From an uncultured Kiritimatiellota bacterium (GTDB lineage Bacteria > Verrucomicrobiota > Kiritimatiellia > RFP12 > UBA1067): a stretch of DNA of 64,000 nt. The position numbers were made by a program, and so were the translations under genes. Numbering within the stretch: the first letter of the stretch is position 1; each line of letters starts with the position of its first letter. Below the pieces are notes generated by a model. The model was given only the letters and a program-made list of their open reading frames with translations, was not told the origin of the DNA and ran no database searches. The stretch covers positions 17,998 through 81,997 of the forward strand of contig CAKTUI010000003.1 of the NCBI GenBank assembly GCA_934621385.1, written 5' to 3'. This document shows, piece by piece, positions 25,200 through 33,761 of this stretch.

Positions 25200-25751
25200 T
25201 TATGCAGCAGCCCTCTTGAGATACTTGTTCGTCTCGAGGAGAACGTCCTCAGACTTGCTTGTGAGCGCACCCTTGTCGTCGAGCAACGCAGTGTCAAGGA
25301 TCGCTTTGACAGCCTGCGCCGTCGAAAGAAGAGCGGCCACACGCTTCTTCGATTCGGGCCTGTACTTGGCGAAGTCACAGCCCTCCATGTCGATGATGCT
25401 CTCGAAACTGTAGAGCTGCGGGAACATCAGCGCCTCAAGCTTGATCAGAACCTGCGTGAACAGGTCGGCGCGGCGCGTGATCGCATTGCAGGCCGTCACC
25501 ATGACATTGACCTCCGCCTCCGCCTCCTTGACCTTCGCGATCTCGCCGCCCAGGGCCTTCAGATCGTCGAAGCTGCCGCCCTCGGGGACCGTGACCTGCG
25601 GATAGGGCTTGCCCTTGAACTTCATCGTCACGTACTTCATGAACAGCAGCGAGAGGATGTAGTTCTTGTACTGCGACGGGTCCATGCCGCCGCGCAGCTT
25701 GTCGCAGCTCGCGTCCAGGGATGAATAGATTTCGTTCTTCTTGATAGCCAT
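25200..25751 (-). CDS. Stand-alone HsdM_N-like protein (N-terminal ~75 aa only) fused to unrelated sequence
   Basis: Start at ATG 25751. MAIKKNEIYSSLDASCDKLRGGMDPSQYKNYILSLLFMKYV matches the type I HsdM N-terminus. After ..DDLKALGG the similarity ends and there is no methyltransferase domain. Confidence 0.55.
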   Translation of the reverse strand: MAIKKNEIYSSLDASCDKLRGGMDPSQYKNYILSLLFMKYVTMKFKGKPYPQVTVPEGGSFDDLKALGGEIAKVKEAEAEVNVMVTACNAITRRADLFTQVLIKLEALMFPQLYSFESIIDMEGCDFAKYRPESKKRVAALLSTAQAVKAILDTALLDDKGALTSKSEDVLLETNKYLKRAAA

Positions 25752-25771
25752 GTTCGTGTTCCTCTCGTAAA

Positions 25772-27559
25772 TCAGTTTTTGGACCCCGCAGTTTCGGCGA
25801 AGCAGTCGGCCGCGTTCGTCGCCAAGATCGCCCCCAGCTCTTCCTTTGCCTGCCCGAGCCGCGTCCGAAGCTCGACCACGCGGCGAACCGCCTCGCGGCA
25901 CTTGTCTCCAATTTCCTTCTGCCGATCAAGCGGGAGAACAGGAATCGGCAGCATTTCCAAGCTCTTGTATTGCAGCGTCTTCACCATGTTCCCGACAGCC
26001 GAGTTCCGAAGATACCGCTGGGCGTACTCGTTCTCAAGGCAGGACTTGATGAAGTAGGGATCAGCCCGCGTCGGATCGACCGTCAAGACCAGAACGTTCC
26101 CGCCGGGCAGAAGCGTCTGCCCAGACGCCAATTCAGCAACGGCCACCTTGAAGACCGAGTTGTTCGCCATGACCCGCGTAATCAGCACATCACCATCATG
26201 AACACAATAGGACGCGTACTTTTCCGGCACTTCGGAAAGATTCATCAGCACGGCGTCTACCACGCCGTCATTGATGTTTCCCGACGAGACATACCGAATG
26301 CCCGTATCAGCATTCGACACCAAGTCATCAAGTTCCTTTGACGGGATCGCCGCACCGCGCTTCCCGACGCTGATCAACGCGGACAATTGAACACCCTCGC
26401 GGAGTGCCATCGGATCGGCAAAATGCCGCAAGACCGTCAGATTACACGTCTCGTCCAAGAGCGACTTCTTTTCGACCACCGCGCAGATCTCGTCATCGAG
26501 CGTCGTCCCCGTTCCGCTCTCCATGCTCCGCATGATTCTTGCAACGCCGCCGGTCGTGAGGGCATTGTTGCTGCGCCCCTTCTCGCAAAGGTTCCCCGCA
26601 CGGATCATCTTCACGGACTCATTGCCCTCGCTAAACACAACCATGTAGGTCGAAATGGAAGTGTTCGTGAAGAGCTTCGCCGGAAGCTCAATGATCGCCT
26701 CGACAAGATTGCGCTGGACGAAGTACCGGCGGAACGGTTCGGCCTGCTGCGTGTGCATGGCCGACGGCGGCAGAATCACCACGGCCCGTCCACCCGGCTT
26801 CATCGCGGCGACTGCGCGAGCGGCAAACAGCCAATCGCTGGCGGCCGACGGCGGGATTTCCGGGAAGTCAGGGAATGCCCTGCGGATGAACTCGCGGACG
26901 TTGTCCTGTTCCGGGAGACCGCGCACCGCAAACGGTGGCTGCGAAAAGACCTTGTCAAACTTGTCCTTCTCGTATGACTGCCCGAAGAAGTCATCCCAGA
27001 CGATCTGCACATCCGCATTGCAGCCATGCATGCTGATCTCTGCCAACGCCGCCAATTCGAGTTTCTTCTCATACCCGACGACGTTGCTCTTCTCACTCCC
27101 GGCTTTTACCTTGGACGCCGCCAGACGAATGAAGTCCCCCGTTCCACATCCGAGGTCCGCCACCGAATCGCCCTCGCCGATCCTCAAGACATCAGAGACC
27201 AGCTCCACGACGGGCAGAGACGAGCCCGATGTCTTGGCAAGTTCAAAACGCTCCCCGTTGACCGCCCTTGCGAAATAACCGCCGAACGAATCAACCGGGA
27301 ATGCTGTCAGGAGAGGAAGGTACTCGCCCCAGTGGTCGCCCAGTCGATTGCATATAAAGTCCGACAACTTCTCCGAAACGTGGCCAGCTGCGAGAAGCGC
27401 TTTCAGATCCGTCACCCCGCTGTAACGGGCAGCCAAGCAAAGAACATACGCTCCGCACACAACGGATGTATACGGTACTGCGGTATGCGCCCTCTCGACC
27501 ACCATCAGCGTGGTCTCGATCTTGTTCTGTATCTCACTCAGTTCTATCACAAAAATCAC
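25772..27559 (-). CDS. N6-adenine DNA methyltransferase fused to one HsdS-type target-recognition domain (no R subunit in window)
   Basis: 595 aa with a GTG start. Motif I is VADLGCGTGDF; motif IV is the non-canonical FSQPPFA. The C-terminal TRD plus conserved helix (GDVLITRV..LPIPVLPLDRQKEIG) is typical of HsdS halves. Confidence 0.75.
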   Translation of the reverse strand: MIFVIELSEIQNKIETTLMVVERAHTAVPYTSVVCGAYVLCLAARYSGVTDLKALLAAGHVSEKLSDFICNRLGDHWGEYLPLLTAFPVDSFGGYFARAVNGERFELAKTSGSSLPVVELVSDVLRIGEGDSVADLGCGTGDFIRLAASKVKAGSEKSNVVGYEKKLELAALAEISMHGCNADVQIVWDDFFGQSYEKDKFDKVFSQPPFAVRGLPEQDNVREFIRRAFPDFPEIPPSAASDWLFAARAVAAMKPGGRAVVILPPSAMHTQQAEPFRRYFVQRNLVEAIIELPAKLFTNTSISTYMVVFSEGNESVKMIRAGNLCEKGRSNNALTTGGVARIMRSMESGTGTTLDDEICAVVEKKSLLDETCNLTVLRHFADPMALREGVQLSALISVGKRGAAIPSKELDDLVSNADTGIRYVSSGNINDGVVDAVLMNLSEVPEKYASYCVHDGDVLITRVMANNSVFKVAVAELASGQTLLPGGNVLVLTVDPTRADPYFIKSCLENEYAQRYLRNSAVGNMVKTLQYKSLEMLPIPVLPLDRQKEIGDKCREAVRRVVELRTRLGQAKEELGAILATNAADCFAETAGSKN

Positions 27560-27578
27560 CTCTGTCGTTGTGGCGCAT

Positions 27579-27587
27579 AGTATATCA
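27579..27587 (-). promoter_or_regulatory. Extended -10 promoter (TGATATACT) at the head of the long minus-strand gene train
   Basis: Reverse complement of agtatatca, ~20 nt upstream of the GTG start at 27559. Confidence 0.45.
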
Positions 27588-27876
27588 CATTTTGCATTGC
27601 CGTGTCAATGGCTATGACTTGCAGATTGTAAAGCAATATAAATCATACATTTCAGTTCGTCGCATCTCAAAGGACAAACTTTTTCGGGACTGAACGCTTT
27701 TGGGCCTCGAAAAACGTGAGCGGAGGCCGGGGCTGCGACTTCAAATCGCTCCTTCGCCGTCACTTGAAAAGGCAAAGAAAGAGCGTTTTATGATAAAGAA
27801 TTGTGAAATAGACGGTTGCTATTCGCCCGACATTACGGCATCATGTCAACCGTTGAATCAAACTGGCGAAAAGGAC

Positions 27877-28323
27877 ATGAAAGTAGGCGAACAGCTCAAG
27901 CAGGAACTGGCCGAGTTGCAGGAACTTGACCCTGAAACGCTGCGTCGGAAATACTGTGAGCTAACGGGAGTGAATGCCGCCGTCTTTGGGGCGCGGTTCA
28001 TGCAAAGCCGTTGCGCTTACAGCATTCAGCAACGCACCTTGGGCGGATTAACCCCCGCTGAACTTGAAACCCTCGCCTACATTGCCAATCACGATCCGAA
28101 GACGAACAAGGAACTTCGAGACGCACCGCGCTCGGCAAAGGACAAACGCGGTGTCACGTACAGGCGCGAATATCACGGCAAGCTTTATGAAATGAAGTCG
28201 CTCGGAAACGGACGATACGAATACGAGTCGAAGATCTACACATCTCCGACAGCCGTCGTCCGCGCCATCACGGGCAAGAGCCACTACAACGGCGTCGTAT
28301 GGTGGGGCCTCAACCGGGGGTAA
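27877..28323 (+). CDS. DUF2924-family protein (recombinase-associated)
   Basis: Start at ATG 27877. LRRKYCELTG..YSIQQRTLGGL..REYHGKLYEM..YESKIYTSPTAVVRAITGKSHYNGVVWWGL is the DUF2924 pattern usually found upstream of large serine recombinases. Confidence 0.65.
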   Translation: MKVGEQLKQELAELQELDPETLRRKYCELTGVNAAVFGARFMQSRCAYSIQQRTLGGLTPAELETLAYIANHDPKTNKELRDAPRSAKDKRGVTYRREYHGKLYEMKSLGNGRYEYESKIYTSPTAVVRAITGKSHYNGVVWWGLNRG

Positions 28324-28342
28324 AACGAGAAAGGAGTTCAAA

Positions 28343-30079
28343 ATGAACCACGGGAAAACGATCCGAGTGGCGATTTACACGCGTAAGTCCGTCGAGGATT
28401 CAGAGGAAAAGCAGTTCAACTCCATCGATGCCCAGCGCCAGATGTGCGAGAGTTTCATCGCCGCCAAGGCGGCAGAGGGATGGATTGCCCTTCCCGAACG
28501 ATTCGATGACTACGGCTACAGCGGCGGCAATCTCGAACGCCCCGCCTACCAGCGGCTCATGGCGCAATGCGAACAGGGACTCGTCGACAAGATCATCGTC
28601 TTCCGAATCGACCGCATGACGCGCAGCACCAAGGACTTCTGCGAGTTCGACGAGAAGATGAAGAAGCTCGGAGTAGGATTCACCTCCGTCTCCGAGCCAT
28701 TTGTCGACACCTCCTCGCCGATGGGCGAGCTGGTCGTGAACCTTCTCGTCTCGTTCGGGCAATGGGAACGCAAGACGATTCAAGAGCGCATTCAAAAGCA
28801 CTTCAAGACCGCTCTCGACCAAGGCTTCTTTGTAGGCGGCATACCGCCCTACGGCTACAAGGTCGAGAACCAGACACTCATCCCTGACCCGAAGACGGCG
28901 CAGAACGTCCCACACATTTTCGAGTTGTTTGTCCAGCTCCATTCAGCGAAGAAGGTGGCGGCCAAACTCGCCGAGGAAGGCATCGAACGCTTCCCCGGAC
29001 GCGCCTGGACGACGCAGTCGGTCTACAATTGCCTTGGCAACGTCCGCTATGTCGGCGATGCCAACAGCCACGGCAAGATCGTCAAAGGCAAGCAACAGGC
29101 GCTCATCACACGCGAACTTTGGGAGCGTGTCCGCAACCTCGTCAACGCCGCCAAGGGCAGCCGCGAGAAGAAAGAGATGACCCCGGAGGCGGCCGTTTAT
29201 CAAGGTCTCATCTTCTGCGGCCATTGCCAGCATCCGATGTCCTACCGCTGGTCGAAGAAAGATACGCTCGGCGTTCGGAAATATCCCTACTTCATCTGCC
29301 AGCAAGATGCCCGCAAGGGTGTTTCAGAATGTCCGATCCGCCATGTCAGCGCAACAACCGTGCAGGAAGCAATCGAACAGGAACTCGAATCAATCATGAT
29401 GGCTTCTACAACGATGCTCGTCGCGGCGGCAAACGTCACCCCCTTCACGCCCGAGCAGATCGTCACGGGCTTTCGTCGCCACGGCTTCTGGCAACAGCTG
29501 TCGACGAACGACAGGAAGGCAATCTACCGTCTCTTCATCCGTTCCGTCACGGTGTTTGAATCGACACTCGACATCCGCGTCAAAATGCCGTGTGACGATG
29601 CGCGAAACGAACTTGTGAAGACTCTCTGCATCCCTGCGACGCCAACCAGCGAATTCGACACGCGCATCGATGCCGACGGATGCCTCTTCATGCGCATCCC
29701 GGTCGCCTTCCGAACGGTGTCCGGGCGCAAGAAGATCGTCCGCACGGACGGCGGCTCGGTCTCGCAGAGACCAACCCAGCACGAGATCAACAACACCCTT
29801 CTGCAGGGAGCGGTTCTCAAGGCAATTGCACGGGCATTCGCATGGTTGCGGCTTATCGACGAAGGCAAGGCGTCCTCCGTCCACGAACTGGCGGATCTCG
29901 TCGAGGAAGACCGCCACTACGTGCGCTATACGCTGCGCCTCGCGTTTCTTTCGCCCCGGATTATTCGCGCTGCGATGACCGGCGACCTGCCAAACGGTTT
30001 TTCGCTGGAGAAAGTCCGCAAGGTCGAAACCGACGATTGGGCAGAGCAGGAGCGGATTCTTGGATTTCCATCAACCTGA
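28343..30079 (+). CDS. Large serine recombinase (integrase)
   Basis: 578 aa. The resolvase-type N-domain has a catalytic Ser in VAIYTRKSVEDSE..SIDAQ. A recombinase domain and a Cys-containing zinc-ribbon region (FCGHCQHPM..FICQQD) follow. Confidence 0.85.
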   Translation: MNHGKTIRVAIYTRKSVEDSEEKQFNSIDAQRQMCESFIAAKAAEGWIALPERFDDYGYSGGNLERPAYQRLMAQCEQGLVDKIIVFRIDRMTRSTKDFCEFDEKMKKLGVGFTSVSEPFVDTSSPMGELVVNLLVSFGQWERKTIQERIQKHFKTALDQGFFVGGIPPYGYKVENQTLIPDPKTAQNVPHIFELFVQLHSAKKVAAKLAEEGIERFPGRAWTTQSVYNCLGNVRYVGDANSHGKIVKGKQQALITRELWERVRNLVNAAKGSREKKEMTPEAAVYQGLIFCGHCQHPMSYRWSKKDTLGVRKYPYFICQQDARKGVSECPIRHVSATTVQEAIEQELESIMMASTTMLVAAANVTPFTPEQIVTGFRRHGFWQQLSTNDRKAIYRLFIRSVTVFESTLDIRVKMPCDDARNELVKTLCIPATPTSEFDTRIDADGCLFMRIPVAFRTVSGRKKIVRTDGGSVSQRPTQHEINNTLLQGAVLKAIARAFAWLRLIDEGKASSVHELADLVEEDRHYVRYTLRLAFLSPRIIRAAMTGDLPNGFSLEKVRKVETDDWAEQERILGFPST

Positions 30080-30094
30080 CAAAGGAGAACTACG

Positions 30095-30412
30095 ATGAAG
30101 ATACAACGGAACCCCGAACGCATGATCGTCAACTGCGCGGCCCCAGTCGAGGTGGTCGCCAAGGTCAAAACAGCCATAGCCAGACGCATGGTCCCGACGT
30201 GGGTCAGACAAGGCCACAGGACGCACAACAAGATGCGCCCAATGGGGATTTCGACATTCTTCGTCGAGGCCGTAGCCAAGGCCGTTGAAGGCATCGTTCC
30301 CTCTCCAGAGAACGTCGAATGGGCAGAACGGATGATTGCCAAGGGTCGGGAAAATCACGCAATCGCGACGCGGGAACGGTGGGAGAAGCGCAGAGCCAAG
30401 CACAAGAAGTGA
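30095..30412 (+). CDS. Hypothetical basic 105-aa protein
   Basis: The ORF follows the recombinase by 15 nt and ends before a strong terminator. Confidence 0.4.
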   Translation: MKIQRNPERMIVNCAAPVEVVAKVKTAIARRMVPTWVRQGHRTHNKMRPMGISTFFVEAVAKAVEGIVPSPENVEWAERMIAKGRENHAIATRERWEKRRAKHKK

Positions 30413-30427
30413 CGGGCTTCGCAACGC

Positions 30428-30466
30428 AAAGCGGGACGTGTGCAACGACGCACACGCCCCGCTTTT
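30428..30466 (+). terminator. Intrinsic terminator
   Basis: GCGGGACGTGTGC-loop-GCACACGCCCCGC followed by TTTTCATTT. Confidence 0.7.
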
Positions 30467-30650
30467 CATTTCTCCATTGCAAATTCCGCATCTCCAAAAC
30501 GCCACTCGGGGGAGAAATTCGGGAGGGGGAAACGGAGAAAACGATCATACCCCCCCTTTCTCCCGTCCCCCTCTGGAGAAATCACCCCCTCCCGCTTCCA
30601 ACTCCAAACACCCCCGTAAATTGGGCATTTTCCGCGCACTCCCCAACCCC

Positions 30651-30682
30651 AACAGAAAAGGGAGAAGCGCACTTCTCCCTTT
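30651..30682 (-). terminator. Intrinsic terminator downstream of tRNA-Val
   Basis: Minus-strand AAAGGGAGAAG-UGCG-CUUCUCCCUUU followed by UCUGUU. Confidence 0.6.
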
Positions 30683-30695
30683 CGCTGTCTGTTAG

Positions 30696-30772
30696 TGGTG
30701 GACGATGAGGGACTCGAACCCCCGACCTTGACCGTGTAAAGGTCCTGCTCTAACCAACTGAGCTAATCGTCC
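30696..30772 (-). tRNA. tRNA-Val (anticodon TAC), CCA encoded
   Basis: 77-nt cloverleaf read by hand: GGACGAT/ATCGTCC acceptor, GCTC..GAGC D arm, anticodon loop TTTACAC, T arm GGGGG-TTCGAGT-CCCTC. Confidence 0.9.
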
Positions 30773-31488
30773 TTGCCTGTGGAGTGGGAATTATAGCAAA
30801 TATCCGGAACGGCGGAAAGGAGGTGACGCGTATATTCACTCTTCGGGTGCGCAAAAACCTCCGCCGCATCACCGACATCGACAAAAAGCCCATGTTCCAT
30901 CACACAAATGCGATCACAGACATTCTTCACAACGGCCAGGTCGTGCGCAATGAGAAGAATGGATAAGCCAAGTTCCCGACGCAAGTCGCGCAGCAAATTC
31001 AAGACGCGGGCCTGAACCGAGACATCCAGTGCGCTGACCGGTTCATCGGCAATCAGGACTCGCGGCTCACAGGCGAGTGCCCGTGCAACGGAAATGCGCT
31101 GGCACTGCCCCCCCGACATCTCACGCGGATACTGATCCAGGACAGCGCGCGAAAGTCCCACCAGTTCGAGCAACTGGCTCGGCTCCGAAAACTTCGTCGA
31201 ATGCCGAATCTTCAGGACCTCCGAAAGCGTCTGCCGCACGGTCATCCGCGGATTGAGAGAGCCAACTGCATCCTGAAAGACCATCTGCACCGACACATCC
31301 GCCCGACGGATTTCACCCGACGAAGGGCGCTCAATGCCGATGAGCGTTTTCGCAATGGTCGACTTGCCCGAGCCGGACTCTCCGACAATTCCCAGAATCT
31401 CCCCTTCTCGGAGCGTGAAACTCACGCCCTTGACGGCTTCGTATGAGCCGTATCGAACATGCAAATCTCGAACGTCAAAAATGTCCAT
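30763..31488 (-). CDS. ABC transporter ATP-binding protein (oligopeptide/dipeptide DppF/OppF-like), no partner genes adjacent
   Basis: Walker A GESGSGKST, signature MSGGQCQR, Walker B VLIADEP. The last 10 nt overlap the 5' end of tRNA-Val. Confidence 0.8.
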   Translation of the reverse strand: MDIFDVRDLHVRYGSYEAVKGVSFTLREGEILGIVGESGSGKSTIAKTLIGIERPSSGEIRRADVSVQMVFQDAVGSLNPRMTVRQTLSEVLKIRHSTKFSEPSQLLELVGLSRAVLDQYPREMSGGQCQRISVARALACEPRVLIADEPVSALDVSVQARVLNLLRDLRRELGLSILLIAHDLAVVKNVCDRICVMEHGLFVDVGDAAEVFAHPKSEYTRHLLSAVPDICYNSHSTGKDD

Positions 31489-31494
31489 GTGATT

Positions 31495-32856
31495 TTACTT
31501 CAGCAGGGCCTTGCACTTTGACGAGAGCGTACGCTCCCGATCCCGAATGTTCTTTGCGAAATCAGCAAAACGCTTCTGATAGACGGAATGATCGATGCCG
31601 CCCGTCGTTCCCTCGTGCGTCTTCGCATTGACGGCAATGTCAGGATCCTCATCCCCGAGACGCTCAAGGTGGTCGCGAACCTCATGATAGGCATCGCGCC
31701 AAGGCGTACCCCCAGAGACCATTCGCAGGGCGACGTCAGTGGCGAAGACACCTGGCGTAAACGCCGCACGACATCTTGCCGCATCAACCGAAAGCCCCGC
31801 GACAACTTTTGCAAGGATGCGCAGTGTCGTACGGGTAATGTCGAGGCCCTTCATGTACAGCCACTTGCAGTCCTGAAGGTCACGATTGTAACCGCCCGGC
31901 ATCGCATGGAGCAGTGAGAGCGCGGCGGTCTGAAGGCCAAGGACCTGAGCCGCCTTCGAACGCATCAACTCAAGGACATCCGGATTGAACTTCTGCGGCA
32001 TAATCGATGAACCCGTGCAATACTCACGCGGCAGTTTGAAATAGGCAAACTCCGGCATGGAGAAAAGAATCATATCCTCCGCAAGGCGCGAAAGAACCGC
32101 CATGAGCTGTGCCAAAGCCGACAGGAGTGCCGCCTCGCACTCGCCGCGTGCCATCGACGCACCAAAACAGTTGTGAATCGTGCGGGAGAAACCAAGCAAG
32201 TCCGTTGTCCGCTGACGATTCAGCGGCAAGGGAACGCCATAACCCGCGGCACTTCCAAGCGGATTGAGGTCTGCGAGGCGATAGGCCGCTTCAAGATTCT
32301 CCAGCTGATCGGCAATCATTTCTGCATGACCTGTCGCCCACATCTCAACAGTCGAAGGCATCGCCGGCTGAAGATGCGTCCGTCCAACAAGGGGAATGCG
32401 GCCCGCTTTCTTGCCCAGTCGGCAAAGCGTCTCAACCAATGCGAGGACTTCGCCCTCCGTCTTCAGAATCTCGTCCTTCATGTGTAGGCGCACGTCAACG
32501 GCGACCTGGTCATTGCGTGAGCGCCCCGTATGAATCTTCTTTCCAAGGTCGCCCAGCCGCTCCGTCAGCATCCGTTCGACCGCCATGTGCACATCCTGGT
32601 CGTCCTCGCGGATGACGAACTTACCGTCCTGCGCGAGCGCGACAATCCGACCAAGCTCCTTGCGGACTTTCGCCGCCTCGGCCTTTGTCACAACAGGACG
32701 CTTCAGCTTCATTTCGGAAAGCATCGTCACGTGCGCAGCCGTGCCCATGCAGTCCCAGACGGCCAGGCGAAGGTCAAGGACGGGATCATCACCCACCGTA
32801 TAATCCAACACATCCGGATCAATCCGATTGTCTGTTATCGTCCTTTTCGTCTTCAT
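31495..32856 (-). CDS. argH: Argininosuccinate lyase
   Basis: 453 aa with fumarate-lyase signature GSSIMPQKFNPD and GRSRNDQVAVD. Confidence 0.9.
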   Translation of the reverse strand: MKTKRTITDNRIDPDVLDYTVGDDPVLDLRLAVWDCMGTAAHVTMLSEMKLKRPVVTKAEAAKVRKELGRIVALAQDGKFVIREDDQDVHMAVERMLTERLGDLGKKIHTGRSRNDQVAVDVRLHMKDEILKTEGEVLALVETLCRLGKKAGRIPLVGRTHLQPAMPSTVEMWATGHAEMIADQLENLEAAYRLADLNPLGSAAGYGVPLPLNRQRTTDLLGFSRTIHNCFGASMARGECEAALLSALAQLMAVLSRLAEDMILFSMPEFAYFKLPREYCTGSSIMPQKFNPDVLELMRSKAAQVLGLQTAALSLLHAMPGGYNRDLQDCKWLYMKGLDITRTTLRILAKVVAGLSVDAARCRAAFTPGVFATDVALRMVSGGTPWRDAYHEVRDHLERLGDEDPDIAVNAKTHEGTTGGIDHSVYQKRFADFAKNIRDRERTLSSKCKALLK

Positions 32857-33761
32857 TTTCTCATCAGTCCTTTCAGTTTTTCATCCGCCTCGGACAAGAG
32901 ACGCGCCAATTCAATTTCGGTTTTCTTAAATCGTGCAAGTTCCATCAGGAAAGACGAATAGGCCTCTGCAACGGATGCCAACTCCTCGCCGCGTCCACCT
33001 CCGAAGATTGCGACCTGCCGTGACTTGACGAACGCGGCAAGCCGCACGCTCGGATCGGTCTTCGCATGGAGAATGGCCTCGGCAAACGTGCAGGAGTCGT
33101 ACTTTCCACAAAAAGGCAACGCATAGGCCATGGGATAAAGGCGAAGCCGCGAGGCAAACGTGAGGACATCGTCCTGTGCCGCGACCCCCGGCTTGAGAAC
33201 CTTTCGCTGGAGTTGGAGATAGTCCTCGTCACTCTTCCCCGGCGCATAACTGCCGCGCTCGCGCCAGTCCGCAAGTTCCGCCCGTTCCTCCGCAACGCGC
33301 AAGTCAGGGTTCGCCGCCACCAGTGCCGCATACGCGGTCGCATCGTCAATCACCTCATTCTTCACCGCGAGGTAAAAAGCCCGAATAACCGACAACTGAA
33401 AGGAGCGAAGATCCGCCGCCCCCGGGGCTGGCAAGTAAATCCGTGCATACCGGTCCCCACTCGAACGCGTGGACGACCTCATCACGACATTCGTCACATT
33501 CGTCCGAATGTCGCCGATATGGATGACGATTCCTGGCTCCGAAAATCGCGGCAATTTCAGGGACTGCGCCGATGCCAGCGAACGGCAGACATCGGCGGCC
33601 GCACCTGCCACAGAACCCATGAACTCGCGCCGCATATCAGCCGGACAATCCCCATAGACCCGAACCAACCCATCACATTTCGTCATGGGAGCGGCACGCA
33701 GGCGATCAACGAGTTCCGCTCGCGTCAGTGCAAGAAGCAAGATGGATGCCAAGACCGTCAT
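32853..33761 (-). CDS. Hypothetical protein with N-terminal hydrophobic segment
   Basis: Start taken at ATG 33761 (TGATG overlap with the mraY-like stop); N-terminus MTVLASILLLALTRA. No recognised motif. Confidence 0.45.
   Translation of the reverse strand: MTVLASILLLALTRAELVDRLRAAPMTKCDGLVRVYGDCPADMRREFMGSVAGAAADVCRSLASAQSLKLPRFSEPGIVIHIGDIRTNVTNVVMRSSTRSSGDRYARIYLPAPGAADLRSFQLSVIRAFYLAVKNEVIDDATAYAALVAANPDLRVAEERAELADWRERGSYAPGKSDEDYLQLQRKVLKPGVAAQDDVLTFASRLRLYPMAYALPFCGKYDSCTFAEAILHAKTDPSVRLAAFVKSRQVAIFGGGRGEELASVAEAYSSFLMELARFKKTEIELARLLSEADEKLKGLMRK

Noticed and set aside
9106-30412. Prophage interpretation of the accessory island
   Set aside because: No terminase, portal, capsid, tail or lysis genes are present. 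The content is recombinase, modification, ATPase, toxin and immunity genes, which fits an integrative island better.
30763-30772. 10-nt overlap of the ABC ATPase stop region with the tRNA-Val 5' end as a sign of disruption
   Set aside because: The ATPase has complete Walker A, signature and Walker B motifs and a normal length. A short overlap with a co-oriented tRNA is compatible with co-transcription and processing.
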